Below, in pieces: positions 9,283 to 19,097 of a stretch of DNA of 64,000 nt. This DNA comes from Myxococcota bacterium (GTDB lineage Bacteria; Myxococcota_A; UBA9160; UBA6930): assembly GCA_965223415.1 (NCBI GenBank), contig OZ245002.1, positions 1,120,001-1,184,000 on the forward strand. Reading direction: 5' to 3'. A program made the translations under genes and the position numbers. Positions within the stretch are counted from its first letter, which is position 1, and every line of letters starts with the position of its first letter. The notes under the pieces were generated by a model. That model worked only from the letters and a program-made list of their open reading frames with translations. It did no database searches and had not been told where the DNA came from.

Positions 9283-10764
9283 TCAGAGCTGCAGGTCGCG
9301 CTCGGGCCCGACCCGCGCTTCGCGGCCGCAGAGCTCTTCCTCTGCGAGAAGGCCGAGCAGCCCGGGGTCCCTCGTCCCGGCCCAGGTGCGCGCGCCGTCC
9401 GGGGTGAGCGCCGCCACGATGGCCCGTTCCGGCGCCCCGTTCGCGTAGGGGACCACGCCGGTCTCGAGGGTGACGGGCCCGGTGTAGTCCGCCTGGTAGG
9501 CGCGGCGCGGGAGCGCGGCGGCGGCCTCGCTCAGGTCTTCGCTGACGAAACCCTCCGGGCGCGGCGTCGCGCCCAGGACGCCGAAGGCGTGCCGCGCCAC
9601 GAAGCCGCCGACCCCCGACACCATGGCGGGCCGCCTGCCGTCCTCCCGCAGGCGAAGCACCGTCGTGGCGAGGGAGTGCATCACGTAGCTGTTGAAGGGC
9701 CCGCCGGCGAAGGTGAGGCCACCGGTCACGGTCGGCGTGCCGGCCTCGTCGAGCCCGAGCTCCGCCACGGCGAGCTGCACCGCCGCGGGGAAGCAGCTGT
9801 AGAGATCGATACAGCCGAGCTCGTCCGCCTCCACCCCCGCCAGCTCGAGTGCGCGACGGGCGGCCAGGCCGAGGGTCGGCTCGGCGTGGAAGACGTCGCG
9901 ATCCGAGAGGTAGCCGGCGTTCTGGGCGTAGGTGCCGACCCAGGGGAAGACCCAGCGGTCGCGCGGCACGCCGGCCCGCATCGCGGCCTCCGCCGAGCAC
10001 ACGAGCAGCGCGGCGGCCTGATCGACGACCATGTTCGCGACCATGTACTTCGTGTAGGGCGCCGAGACCACGCGGTTGCCGTCCATCGGAGCGATGATCG
10101 CGTCGGCGTCGGGCGCGCTGCGGACCCACGCATAGGGGTTGTCCGCGGCCACCCGGGCAAAGCGCGCCCACAGGCCCGCGACCCGCGCACGGTGGGCCGC
10201 GACGGACTCGCCCCGCCGGTAGCGCATCGCCACCTCGAAGAGCCCGAAGCACTGGGTCGGGTTACGCAGACCCGCGGCGACGTCCGGATGGCGCTTCCAG
10301 TCACCGGGCGTCATGGGCCCCGGCTCGTGGTCGGGCGGGGGGCCTTCCTGGAGCGTGCGGCGGGGCTCGTCCCCTCGGGCCTTCGCGCGTCGCTTGCTGT
10401 GCTCTGCCTCACCACCGACCAGCAGCACCACGTCCTTCTTGCCGTCGCGCACGTCCGCCGCGGCGCCGCTGAGCTGGCTCAGCACGGTGGTCCCGCTGAT
10501 CGGAGCCAGCCAGGTCTCCGGCCGCTCGGCACCGAGACGTTCGGCCAGCCAAGCCCCGGGGTTGGCGTAGTTCCAGAGCCCCTTCGGCACGCGCAGCGCG
10601 TCGAGCTGGGCGAGCAGCCGGGGCGCACCGGCGTCCTCGGCGGCCAGGCGGGCCGCGCGCTCCATCAGCGCGAGCGGCTCCTCCGCCTCCGCGGGGTCCT
10701 CCACCCTCTGTACCACCTGCCCCACGCCGACCACCACCGGCGTCCGGGGATCGATCCCGCTCAT
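9283..10764 (-). CDS. Thiolase-like protein (acetyl-CoA acetyltransferase family, long non-canonical type)
   Basis: DPRTPVVVGVGQ, VDQAAA, DLYSCFPAAVQ, TVTGGLTFAGGPFNSY. Confidence 0.85.
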   Translation of the reverse strand: MSGIDPRTPVVVGVGQVVQRVEDPAEAEEPLALMERAARLAAEDAGAPRLLAQLDALRVPKGLWNYANPGAWLAERLGAERPETWLAPISGTTVLSQLSGAAADVRDGKKDVVLLVGGEAEHSKRRAKARGDEPRRTLQEGPPPDHEPGPMTPGDWKRHPDVAAGLRNPTQCFGLFEVAMRYRRGESVAAHRARVAGLWARFARVAADNPYAWVRSAPDADAIIAPMDGNRVVSAPYTKYMVANMVVDQAAALLVCSAEAAMRAGVPRDRWVFPWVGTYAQNAGYLSDRDVFHAEPTLGLAARRALELAGVEADELGCIDLYSCFPAAVQLAVAELGLDEAGTPTVTGGLTFAGGPFNSYVMHSLATTVLRLREDGRRPAMVSGVGGFVARHAFGVLGATPRPEGFVSEDLSEAAAALPRRAYQADYTGPVTLETGVVPYANGAPERAIVAALTPDGARTWAGTRDPGLLGLLAEEELCGREARVGPERDLQL

Positions 10765-10797
10765 GTCCACCACCGCAGTTCGGAGACGACGAGGACG

Positions 10798-12663
10798 TTA
10801 GCGGAGGGCGGTGCGGAGGCGGGAGAGGAGCTTGAGGAGGCCGTCGGCGCCGAGCTGGGCGGTGGCGAGCAGCGCTCGCGAGCGGCGGACGGCGCCTTCG
10901 AAATCGCCGTCCGCGCTCCTCGAGGCGAGCTGGAGATCGTGCAGCTCGCCCTGCACCAGGAAGCCCACCATCGGCAGGTGGCCCAGGCGCTCGCGCACCT
11001 TGTGCTCGGCCTGCTGGGCCGAGCGCAGGAGGGGTGCCGCGGCGCCGGCCCGGGCCCTCGCGAAGCGACCGAGCTTCTCGGCGCCGCGCTTCGCGTCGGC
11101 GCGCAGGGCCCGGGCCTCCGCCTCGAGTGCCCGGGCGGCGGCGAGCAGGACGCCCGGGTCCGAAGCGGTGCGTGCGCGCGCGGCCTCCGCCAGCCGCTCT
11201 TCGGTCGACAGCTCCGCGTGCGCCACCTCTTCGATCAGCGGGCCGAAAGCCCGGTGCTCGATACCTGGAATGCGCGCACCGCCCTCGGTGCAGTTGACGA
11301 GGCGCACGCCCTCCCGCGCCAGCAGCCCGCCGAGCGCCCGATACTCCTCGCGGAAGCTCGCGTAGGTGACGTCGGTCAGCACCCGGTCCCCGTTCCACCC
11401 CTCGACCCAGGTCGCACCCGGTGCCAGCTCGCGATCGGGCGTGTCCCGCTCGAAGAGCGCCGCCTTCTTCTTCAGGTCGGTAAAGTAGACGCTGCCGTCC
11501 GCTTCCTGCTCGACGCCGAGGTCCTCGTAGAGCGACCCCTCCGCATAACGTCGGCCGTCCGTGAAGGCCAGATCCTGGCCGATCAACATCACCCGGCCCG
11601 CGCCGAGGAAGGCCGCCAGGCCGACCGCCGCCACGGCGACGGTCCCCCCGGAGCGCAGCCAGGCCGTCTCGCCGAGGGCGGCGCCGAGCCAGACCGCGAA
11701 GGGGTTCGACGACTCGAAGCCGAGGAAGCGACGGCCCGGCGAGAGCTCGAAGAGCCGGGGATGAGCCTGAGGCACGAGCACGAGGTTCTGCGCGCCCAGG
11801 CTGGGAACGCGATCGAGCTGGTGACTCACGTCCTGGGTTTCGGTGACGACGACGAGGTCCGGCCGCACGCCGGCCCGCTCAAGCGCCGCGAGGCTCTGCC
11901 CGATGGCGATCACCAGCACCCGACTCCGGTAGCGGGCGACGAGCGGAAGCTGCTTCGGGAGCGAGGGGCCGGCCGCGCACACGACGGCGGGCGCGCCGGA
12001 GAAGGCGCCCTCGAGGGCCCCGATGCGCGACGCGCCCAGCAGGTGCGGCCCGTTCTCGATGCTGGTCAGCGCCCAGTGCCGAGACCAGGTCCGCAGGGTC
12101 GCGCACTGGACGTCCGCCGCCTCCTTCGTCCGGGCCACCCGGGCCACCGCGGAGCGCAGCGTCTCCGGCGCCACCCGCCCGAGCCCGGGATGGGGCAGGA
12201 CGTGCAGGGAGAGGCCCGGCGAATACCACTCGGTGAGGCGCTCACACAGCGCGTCCTCGTCGGTGACGACGGAGACGTGCTCGCCGCCGAGCGCCGCGAA
12301 GGGGCGCGCCGCGAACGCCGCCCGCAGGAGCCCCGTGTGGGGCTCGAAGACGATCAGCCGGCGGATGCCACGCCGCTGGAGCGCGTCCAGCTGATGACCG
12401 GTGCCCACACCGAGAGCCACCACCACGTCCGCGTCGTCGGGCACCCGGGCAGCGAGGCGCTCCCCGTCCGCGGCGGGATCGTAGGCCGAGGCGAGGAGCG
12501 TTCCGCGAAACGAGAGGGTCGTGGCGCCGCTCGGCCCCGCGACGGCCAGGACGTCCTCGTCGAAGGCACCCGCGATGCGCGAGGCCAGCTGGGGATCGGC
12601 GCGGCGCAGCCGCGAGAGATTGCGCTCGAGGTGGTCGCCGCTGGCGGGTGCAGGGGTCGGCAT
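10798..12663 (-). CDS. Motility-associated factor (Maf, DUF115-type) nonulosonate glycosyltransferase
   Basis: LASAYDPAA, VVCAAGPSL, GVRPDLVV, GGTVA, LIGQDLAF and VNCTEGGARIPG are Maf-family motifs; divergent from a NeuB-like gene. Confidence 0.85.
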   Translation of the reverse strand: MPTPAPASGDHLERNLSRLRRADPQLASRIAGAFDEDVLAVAGPSGATTLSFRGTLLASAYDPAADGERLAARVPDDADVVVALGVGTGHQLDALQRRGIRRLIVFEPHTGLLRAAFAARPFAALGGEHVSVVTDEDALCERLTEWYSPGLSLHVLPHPGLGRVAPETLRSAVARVARTKEAADVQCATLRTWSRHWALTSIENGPHLLGASRIGALEGAFSGAPAVVCAAGPSLPKQLPLVARYRSRVLVIAIGQSLAALERAGVRPDLVVVTETQDVSHQLDRVPSLGAQNLVLVPQAHPRLFELSPGRRFLGFESSNPFAVWLGAALGETAWLRSGGTVAVAAVGLAAFLGAGRVMLIGQDLAFTDGRRYAEGSLYEDLGVEQEADGSVYFTDLKKKAALFERDTPDRELAPGATWVEGWNGDRVLTDVTYASFREEYRALGGLLAREGVRLVNCTEGGARIPGIEHRAFGPLIEEVAHAELSTEERLAEAARARTASDPGVLLAAARALEAEARALRADAKRGAEKLGRFARARAGAAAPLLRSAQQAEHKVRERLGHLPMVGFLVQGELHDLQLASRSADGDFEGAVRRSRALLATAQLGADGLLKLLSRLRTALR

Positions 12664-12680
12664 CGATGGGCAGCTGATGT

Positions 12681-12696
12681 TGCAAATGCAGTGCCA
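12681..12696 (-). promoter_or_regulatory. Sigma54 promoter of the maf-like gene
   Basis: TGGCACTGCATTTGCA, full consensus match. Confidence 0.85.
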
Positions 12697-12709
12697 CGCA
12701 GCGGATCCG

Positions 12710-12725
12710 CGGCATGTGTCTTGCA
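12710..12725 (+). promoter_or_regulatory. Sigma54 promoter of the neuB-like operon
   Basis: CGGCATGTGTCTTGCA: GG-N10-GC spacing with TTGCA -12 element. Confidence 0.65.
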
Positions 12726-12858
12726 CCGGCGTGGCTTCGCCGACTTGGCGCCCGCGCGGAGGGTGACCGGCCGGCACCGCGTTTCAAAGTGAACGGTCCG
12801 GCGTTCAATTCGCCGGGCACCGAGGCCCTGACCCGACCCCCGTCTGGACGACCGATCG

Positions 12859-13746
12859 ATGCGCCTTCACCACGGACCCCGGTTCATCGCCGAGGTCTCG
12901 AGCAACCACCAGCGCGATCCCGAGCGTTGCCTCGCATTTGTCGATCGCGCCGCAGAGATCGGCTGCGACGGCGTCAAGTTCCAGCTCTTTCGCGTGGACG
13001 AGCTGTTCGCGCCGGAGGTGATCGCCGCGAGTCGGCTCCACCGTGCCCGGGAGGACTGGGAGCTTCCGGAGGAGCTCCTCCCGGCGATCGCCGCGCGTTG
13101 CCGCGCCCGCGGGCTGCTCTTCGGCTGCACGCCCTTCTCGCCACGGGCGGCCCGCGTGCTCGCGCCTCATGTGGACTTCGTGAAGATCGCCTCCTACGAG
13201 CTGCTCTACGAGCCGCTCCTCGAAGCCTGTGCCGGACTGGACCGACCGCTCGTGCTCTCCACCGGCATGGCGCGCGCCGACGAGGTGAGCCACGCCCTGA
13301 AGCGCATCGACGCCGCCGGATGTCGCGATCTCACGCTCCTCCACTGCGTGTCGGGCTACCCCACTCCGCCGGAGCAGGCGAACCTGGCGGCGATCGAGAC
13401 CCTGCGACGGCTGTCGGAAGCGGTGCTCGGACGCACCTGCGAGATCGGCTGGTCGGACCACAGCGTGGCGCCGGGCGTCGTACAGCGCGCCGTGCACCGC
13501 TACGGCGCGAGCCTCGTGGAGTTCCACCTCGACTTGGACGGCGAGGGGGCGGAGTACGCAAGCGGCCACTGCTGGCTCCCGGCGGCGATCGCCGCCGTGA
13601 TTGGCGACGTGCGCGCCGCCTTCCGCGCCGACGGCCGGGGCCACAAGGAGCCGGCGCCGTGCGAGCTGGCCGATCGCGCCTGGCGAGCCGATCCGGCCGA
13701 CGGCTGGCGCCCCCTGCGCGGCGCCCGGGCGGAGGTCGGCCCGTGA
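12859..13746 (+). CDS. Nonulosonic acid synthase (NeuB/PseI/LegI family)
   Basis: FIAEVSSNH, VKFQ, KIASYE, LSTGMA, LLHCVSGYP, GWSDHS, EFH. Short: no obvious C-terminal AFP-like domain. Confidence 0.92.
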   Translation: MRLHHGPRFIAEVSSNHQRDPERCLAFVDRAAEIGCDGVKFQLFRVDELFAPEVIAASRLHRAREDWELPEELLPAIAARCRARGLLFGCTPFSPRAARVLAPHVDFVKIASYELLYEPLLEACAGLDRPLVLSTGMARADEVSHALKRIDAAGCRDLTLLHCVSGYPTPPEQANLAAIETLRRLSEAVLGRTCEIGWSDHSVAPGVVQRAVHRYGASLVEFHLDLDGEGAEYASGHCWLPAAIAAVIGDVRAAFRADGRGHKEPAPCELADRAWRADPADGWRPLRGARAEVGP

Positions 13747-14711
13747 AGCGGCTCGTGATCGCGACGGCGGGGGGGGCCGAGCTCGGGGTCGGTCACGTGA
13801 TGCGGGCCGCGAGCCTGGCACGGGAAGCGGTCTCCCACGGAATCGGCACGGTGATGCACGTCGCCGGCGAGGAATCGGTGCGGCGCGCGGCCGCACGGGA
13901 GATCCCGGAGGTTCCGATCGAGCCGTGGGATGGCGTGTCGCACGTGGCGGCGAACGCGAGGGGCCTCTTGATCGACGCGCCCCACCCGATCGCGCCGGTC
14001 GTCGACGCAGCCCGCGCCGCCGGTGTGCCGACCACAGTGCTCGACCGCCTCGACACGCTCGAGACGGCGAGCTGGACCGTCCTGCCCGTCCTCCACGCCG
14101 AGCCCCGCGCACACCCGCGCCTGCGCCACGGCGCGGACTGGTGCGTGCTCGAGCCCCGTCGCCTGGGGCTCCCCGTGCCGTCGTTCCCCGGTGAGCGAGA
14201 TCTCCTCCTCGTCGCGTTTGGCGGCGCCGACGCGGGCGGCTGGACGCGCCAGGTCGCCGAGGCCCTCCCCGCACCGCCGCCGTCCGGGCTCCGGCCGGTG
14301 TTCGCCGTCGGGCCGGCGGCGCCGCCGGAACGTGCCGACGAGCTGGCTCCCTACGGCGAGGTGCTGCGCGCGCCGAGTCGGCGCGAGCTCTTCGCCTGGA
14401 TGGGCCGCGCTCGCCTCGCGGTGTGCGGCTTCGGTGTGACCCTCTACGAGCTCGCCGCCCTGGGCACCCCGGCGCTGGTGTTCGCGCGAGACGACGCCGA
14501 TGCCACCGCAGCACTCCGCCTGTCCGAGCGGGGCATCGGTCGGCTGGTGGGTCCCGCGGGCGGCTTCGACGCGGACGCGTTCCGGGACGCACTGGTCGAC
14601 GCCTTGCACGACGACTGGCCGGAGCGCACCCACCGCCAGGGCCTCCAAGCCCTCGGCGACGGCGCCGGCGCCGGGCGCATCCTCGAGCTCACCCTGGGAG
14701 ATCGGCGATGA
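13743..14711 (+). CDS. PseG/SpsG-like GT-B fold protein (nucleotide-sugar hydrolase or transferase)
   Basis: GTG start overlapping upstream stop; LGVGHVMR, LVAFGGAD, GVTLYELAALGTP, DGAGAGRI. Confidence 0.82.
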   Translation: MKRLVIATAGGAELGVGHVMRAASLAREAVSHGIGTVMHVAGEESVRRAAAREIPEVPIEPWDGVSHVAANARGLLIDAPHPIAPVVDAARAAGVPTTVLDRLDTLETASWTVLPVLHAEPRAHPRLRHGADWCVLEPRRLGLPVPSFPGERDLLLVAFGGADAGGWTRQVAEALPAPPPSGLRPVFAVGPAAPPERADELAPYGEVLRAPSRRELFAWMGRARLAVCGFGVTLYELAALGTPALVFARDDADATAALRLSERGIGRLVGPAGGFDADAFRDALVDALHDDWPERTHRQGLQALGDGAGAGRILELTLGDRR

Positions 14712-17125
14712 GGGCAGGCGCGATCGTGCAGGCGCGGATGAGCAGCCGCCGCCTGCCCGGGAAGGTGCTGCGCGATCTCGCGGGCGAGCCGTTGCTGGCC
14801 CGCGTGGTCGAGCGGGTGCGCCAGGCCCGGCGCCTCGCCTTCGTCGGCGTCGCGACGTCCGCGGAGGCGGAAGACGATGCGATCGCCGCCTTCTGTCGCG
14901 TCCAGGGCATCCCCTGCCACCGCGGGCCGCTCGGCGACGTGCTCGCCCGCACGGCGGAGGCCGCGCGGCGCTGGAAGCTCGACCCGGTCGTGCGCATCAC
15001 CGCCGATTGTCCCTTCGTCTGCCCGGAGCTGATCGATCGCCTCGTCGCCGAGCTCGTCGCCCGGGACGCCGATGCGATCCGGCTGGCAGGGCCGAGCCTG
15101 CACGAGGGCATCGATCCCTTCTCTCGACGGGCGATCTTGCACTGGCAGGCCCAGGCGCTGTCGCCGGAGGAGCGCGAGCACCTGGGGCTCCTCCCCCAGC
15201 GCCGCGGCGAGGGTCTGCGCCTGGCGACGCTTGCGCCCCGCGCGGAGGATCCGCCTCCGGGCCCCGTGCGGCTCTCGGTGGACGAGCCTCACCAGCTCGA
15301 TTTCGCCCGCGCCGTCTACGCCGCCCTGGGCGGGCATGCCTGCTTCACCACCCTGGAGCTGCTGGCCGAGCTCCGACGGAGCCGTGTGCCCACCGGCGCC
15401 GACGCCGTCGTCGACGCCCTCCGGGCGGCGGGCGTGCCGCGTCTGCACCTCTACCCGGGCGGCACCATCATGCCGATCCTGAACGCGTGGATCGCCCGCG
15501 GCGGCGCCTTCGTGGTGGCGCGTCACGAGCAGGGCGCCGGCTACGCCGCCCTCGCCGAGGCACGCCTGGACGGGGAGCCGCGCGTCGCGATGGTGACGAG
15601 TGGCCCCGGGGTGACGAACCTGATGACCGTGGTCGCCGACGCCTGGTATGACGCCACACCGCTGGTCGCGATCACCGGCCAGGTCGGCACGGGGGATCTC
15701 CGCAGCCGACCGGGAGTGCGCCAGCGCGGCTTCCAGGAAGCGCCGACGGCCGCCCTGTGCGCGCCGATCAGCAAGGCCTGCCTGCGCCCGATGACGCCGG
15801 ACGAAGTGCCGGCGGTGATGGACGAAGCCCTGGCCCTCGCGGTCGCGGACCGGCCGGGACCAGTGGTGATCGAGCTGCCGATGGACGTTCAGCGCGGCGC
15901 GCTCGAAGCTCCGGGAGGCACCGAAGAGAAGGGAACCGGGACGCCCTCGAGGCCGGTCGTGGGCCCACCGGCCGCTCCCGACGAGGCGGCGATCGCGCTG
16001 CTCGCCGAGTGGCTGCGGGAGGCGGAACGTCCGCTGGTCCTCGCCGGACAGGGAGTGCTGCAGAGCGGCGCCGTGGAGCCGCTCCGGCGCCTGGCCGAGC
16101 GCGCACGGATCCCGGTGGCGACCAGTCTGCTCGGACTGGGCGCGGTTCCCGGCGATCACCCCCTCTCCCTCGGCATGGTCGGACACACGGGCACGGGCTG
16201 GGCCAACCGCGCCCTCGCCGAGTGCGACCTCCTGCTCGTGCTCGGCGCGCGCCTCGACGTACGCCAGACCGGCACCCGAACCGAGGCGTTCGCGCCGCAC
16301 GCGCGGATCGCCCGGGTCGACCTCGACCCGGCGGAGCTCTCGGCGCCGCGGGTGCACACGGAGCTGCCGATCCGGGGCGACGCGGCGCTGGCCCTGGCAG
16401 CTCTCGAACGCGCCTGGAACCCGGAGTCCGAGCCGCCCGCCTGCCACGAGGCGTGGCTCGGCCGCCTGAAGGAGTGGCGCGCGCGGCTTCCCCTCGACGC
16501 CGCGCCGGTCGCGAGCGGCTGCCATCCCGCCGAGCTGCTGCGCGCCGTCGACCGGGCGACCGCCGGTGAGTCGCTCGTGGTCGTGACGGGCGTGGGCCAC
16601 CACCAGCAGTGGGCTGCCCGACACTTCACCTTCGACGCGCCGCGCCGCAGGCTCCTCACCTCGGGCGGCCACGGTGCCATGGGCTACGACCTGCCCTCCG
16701 CGGCGGGCGCGTGTCTGGCGTGTCCGGACGCCCGGGTGCTGTGCGTGGTGGGCGACGGCTCCCTGCAGATCAACGGACAGGAGCTCGGGACCCTGGCCGA
16801 GTACGGCCTGCCCGCCAAGGTCCTGGTCCTGGACAACCGGCGCCTGGCCATGGTCTCCCAGTTCCAGAAGCTCACCTGGGGACACGATCCGAGCACCGGC
16901 GAGCGCGCGCCGGTCGACTTCGCGGGGCTGGCGCGGAGCTACGGCGTGCCTGCGTTTCGTCTCGAGCGATGGGACGAGGCGGCACCGGCGACCCTGCGCG
17001 CGTTCCTGGATCGGGCGGGCCCGGCGCTGTTGTGGGCGAGCATCGACCCGAGCGCCGAGGTGTCGCCGATGCTGCTGGCCGGCCAGACCACCGACGACCT
17101 CTGGTACGGGGACGACCCGTCGTGA
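14708..17125 (+). CDS. Fusion of SpsF/PseF-like cytidylyltransferase and acetolactate-synthase-like ThDP enzyme
   Basis: N-terminal IVQARMSSRRLPGKVL, VRITADCP, RLSVD; in-frame C-terminal YPGG, RHEQGAG, TSGPGVTN, GAMGYDLP, GDGS...LDN. Confidence 0.88.
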   Translation: MRAGAIVQARMSSRRLPGKVLRDLAGEPLLARVVERVRQARRLAFVGVATSAEAEDDAIAAFCRVQGIPCHRGPLGDVLARTAEAARRWKLDPVVRITADCPFVCPELIDRLVAELVARDADAIRLAGPSLHEGIDPFSRRAILHWQAQALSPEEREHLGLLPQRRGEGLRLATLAPRAEDPPPGPVRLSVDEPHQLDFARAVYAALGGHACFTTLELLAELRRSRVPTGADAVVDALRAAGVPRLHLYPGGTIMPILNAWIARGGAFVVARHEQGAGYAALAEARLDGEPRVAMVTSGPGVTNLMTVVADAWYDATPLVAITGQVGTGDLRSRPGVRQRGFQEAPTAALCAPISKACLRPMTPDEVPAVMDEALALAVADRPGPVVIELPMDVQRGALEAPGGTEEKGTGTPSRPVVGPPAAPDEAAIALLAEWLREAERPLVLAGQGVLQSGAVEPLRRLAERARIPVATSLLGLGAVPGDHPLSLGMVGHTGTGWANRALAECDLLLVLGARLDVRQTGTRTEAFAPHARIARVDLDPAELSAPRVHTELPIRGDAALALAALERAWNPESEPPACHEAWLGRLKEWRARLPLDAAPVASGCHPAELLRAVDRATAGESLVVVTGVGHHQQWAARHFTFDAPRRRLLTSGGHGAMGYDLPSAAGACLACPDARVLCVVGDGSLQINGQELGTLAEYGLPAKVLVLDNRRLAMVSQFQKLTWGHDPSTGERAPVDFAGLARSYGVPAFRLERWDEAAPATLRAFLDRAGPALLWASIDPSAEVSPMLLAGQTTDDLWYGDDPS

Positions 17126-17877
17126 TCCCGAACCTGGACGGACGCCACGCCTTCGTCACCGGGGGAGGCCGCGGCATCGGCCGGGCGACCGCGCTGGCGC
17201 TCGCCGATGCGGGCGCGGCATTGACGATCACCTGGTGCAGCCGGCGCGACGAGGCGGAGCGCACACTCGCGGAGCTGGCCGCCCGCGGTGTCGCGGCCGG
17301 TGCCCAGCCCCTCAACGCAGCCCGCCCCGAGGAGGTTCGCTGCGCCTTCCGACGGGCGCAGGCCGAGCGGGGTCCGGTTCACGTGCTGGTCAACAACGCG
17401 GGGATGGTCCAGGAGAAGCCGTTCGAAGAGATCCGGGTGGCGGACTGGGACCGCATGCTCGAGGTGAACCTCCGCGGCCCGTTCCTGTGCGCGCGAGAGG
17501 CGCTTCCAGCCATGCGCGAACGGCGCTGGGGACGCATCGTGAACGTCAGCTCGATCGGCGGCCAGTGGGGCGGCATCCGGCAGGTGCACTATGCGGCAGC
17601 GAAGGCCGGCCTCATCAGCCTCACCCGCTCCCTCGCCCGCGTGGCCGCGGCCGACGGTGTCACGGCGAACGCCGTGGCCCCAGGCCTCATCGGTACGGAG
17701 ATGATCGCCGGAGAGCTCGCCAGCGGCGACGGCCGCGCCAAGGCCGCGGGCATCCCCATCGGCCGCATCGGAACGCCCGAGGAGGTGGGCGAGACGATCG
17801 CGTTCCTGGCTTCGGACGCGGCTTCGTACATCACGGGCCAGACGGTCAACGTCAACGGCGGGATGTACTTCACATGA
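17122..17877 (+). CDS. Short-chain dehydrogenase/reductase (FabG-like)
   Basis: TGGGRGIG, NNAG, YAAAK, YITGQTVNVNGG; GTGA overlap with upstream gene. Confidence 0.92.
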   Translation: MIPNLDGRHAFVTGGGRGIGRATALALADAGAALTITWCSRRDEAERTLAELAARGVAAGAQPLNAARPEEVRCAFRRAQAERGPVHVLVNNAGMVQEKPFEEIRVADWDRMLEVNLRGPFLCAREALPAMRERRWGRIVNVSSIGGQWGGIRQVHYAAAKAGLISLTRSLARVAAADGVTANAVAPGLIGTEMIAGELASGDGRAKAAGIPIGRIGTPEEVGETIAFLASDAASYITGQTVNVNGGMYFT

Positions 17878-19097
17878 GCCTCCTGTGGGTGATCAGCGCC
17901 GGTCCGGAGGCGTGCCCGACCATCGCCCGTGCGAAGGAGCTCGGCCTGGAGGTGGTGGCCAGCGACGTGCGGCCGGAGGCCCCGGGCCTGGCCCTGGCGG
18001 ACCACGCAGTCGTGGCGAGCGTCTACGACCCGGAGGAGACCCTCGCCGCGGCACAGTCCTTCGCCGCGAGGGTTCGAGCGCCCGACGGCGTGCTATGCGT
18101 CGCCGCCGATGCGCCCCGGACGGCGGCGCGCCTCTGCGAGGCGTTCGACCTTCCCGGTGTGTCGGTACAGACCGCCCGACTGGCGTCGGACAAGCTCGCC
18201 ATGAAGGAGCGCCTGGCGGCGGACGGCGTGCCGGTGCCCTGGTTCCGCTCGGTCTCCGATGCCCGGGAGCTCGCGGAGCTCGCGGACAAGGAAGACCTTC
18301 CTCTGGTCGTCAAGCCCGTCGACAGCCGCGGCGCGCGCGGCGTGGTGCGTCTCACCGGCGCCGTCGACCCGGCCTGGGCCTTCGCGACCGCCCTCACCCA
18401 CTCCCCGAGCGGCCGCGTGATGGTCGAGCACTTCCTCGACGGGCCGCAGGTGAGCACCGAATCTCTCGTCCTCGGCGACGCGGTGGCCACGCCGGGCTTC
18501 GCCGACCGCAACTACGCTCTTCTCGATCGCTTCGCCCCCTTCGTCTTGGAGAACGGCGGGGAGCTGCCCTCGCTCCTGCCGGAGGACGTCCGGTCCGCCA
18601 CCTGCGATGCGGTGGCCCGGGCCACCCGGAGCCTCGGGCTCTCGGTCGGCGTGGCCAAAGGCGACGTCGTCGTGCACCGGGGCCGCCCGATGATCATCGA
18701 GCTCGCGGCGCGGTTGAGCGGCGGCTACCTGTGCTCCCACCATATTCCTCTCTCGACGGGCGTGGACTTCATCGGGGCGGCGATCCGACAGGCCGTCGGC
18801 CAGCGGGTCGACGCCTCGGAGCTCGCCCCGCGCCGGACGCGGGGCGTCGCCCAGCGCTTCGTCTTTCCGCGGCCGGGCCGCGTCGTCGCGGTGCACGGGG
18901 AGCGCGAGGTGGCTGCCCGCCGGGAGATCGCGCTGGTCGAGGTACGGGTGGCGCCGGGAGACCTGGTGGGGCCGGTCGAGCACCACCCGAGCCGCGCTGG
19001 GTTGGTCATCGCCCACGCCGACTCCCGGGAGGCCGCCGTGCGCGCCGCGGACGCCGCTGCCGACGCTCTCGTGATCGAGACGGTTCCCGCGCCGTGA
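17874..19097 (+). CDS. ATP-grasp ligase
   Basis: DKLAMK, VVKPVDSRGARGV, VEHFLDGPQVSTE, IIELAARLSGG; ATGA overlap. Confidence 0.9.
   Translation: MSLLWVISAGPEACPTIARAKELGLEVVASDVRPEAPGLALADHAVVASVYDPEETLAAAQSFAARVRAPDGVLCVAADAPRTAARLCEAFDLPGVSVQTARLASDKLAMKERLAADGVPVPWFRSVSDARELAELADKEDLPLVVKPVDSRGARGVVRLTGAVDPAWAFATALTHSPSGRVMVEHFLDGPQVSTESLVLGDAVATPGFADRNYALLDRFAPFVLENGGELPSLLPEDVRSATCDAVARATRSLGLSVGVAKGDVVVHRGRPMIIELAARLSGGYLCSHHIPLSTGVDFIGAAIRQAVGQRVDASELAPRRTRGVAQRFVFPRPGRVVAVHGEREVAARREIALVEVRVAPGDLVGPVEHHPSRAGLVIAHADSREAAVRAADAAADALVIETVPAP

Noticed and set aside
9151..12792. 1213-aa plus-strand ORF, and similar long Arg/Gly/Pro-rich ORFs such as 33389-37327 and 24466-27723
   Set aside because: Alternative-frame artefacts of high GC overlapping well-supported genes.
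14708..17125. Housekeeping ilvB call
   Set aside because: Fused to a cytidylyltransferase, inside a glycosylation operon, no ilvN/ilvC.
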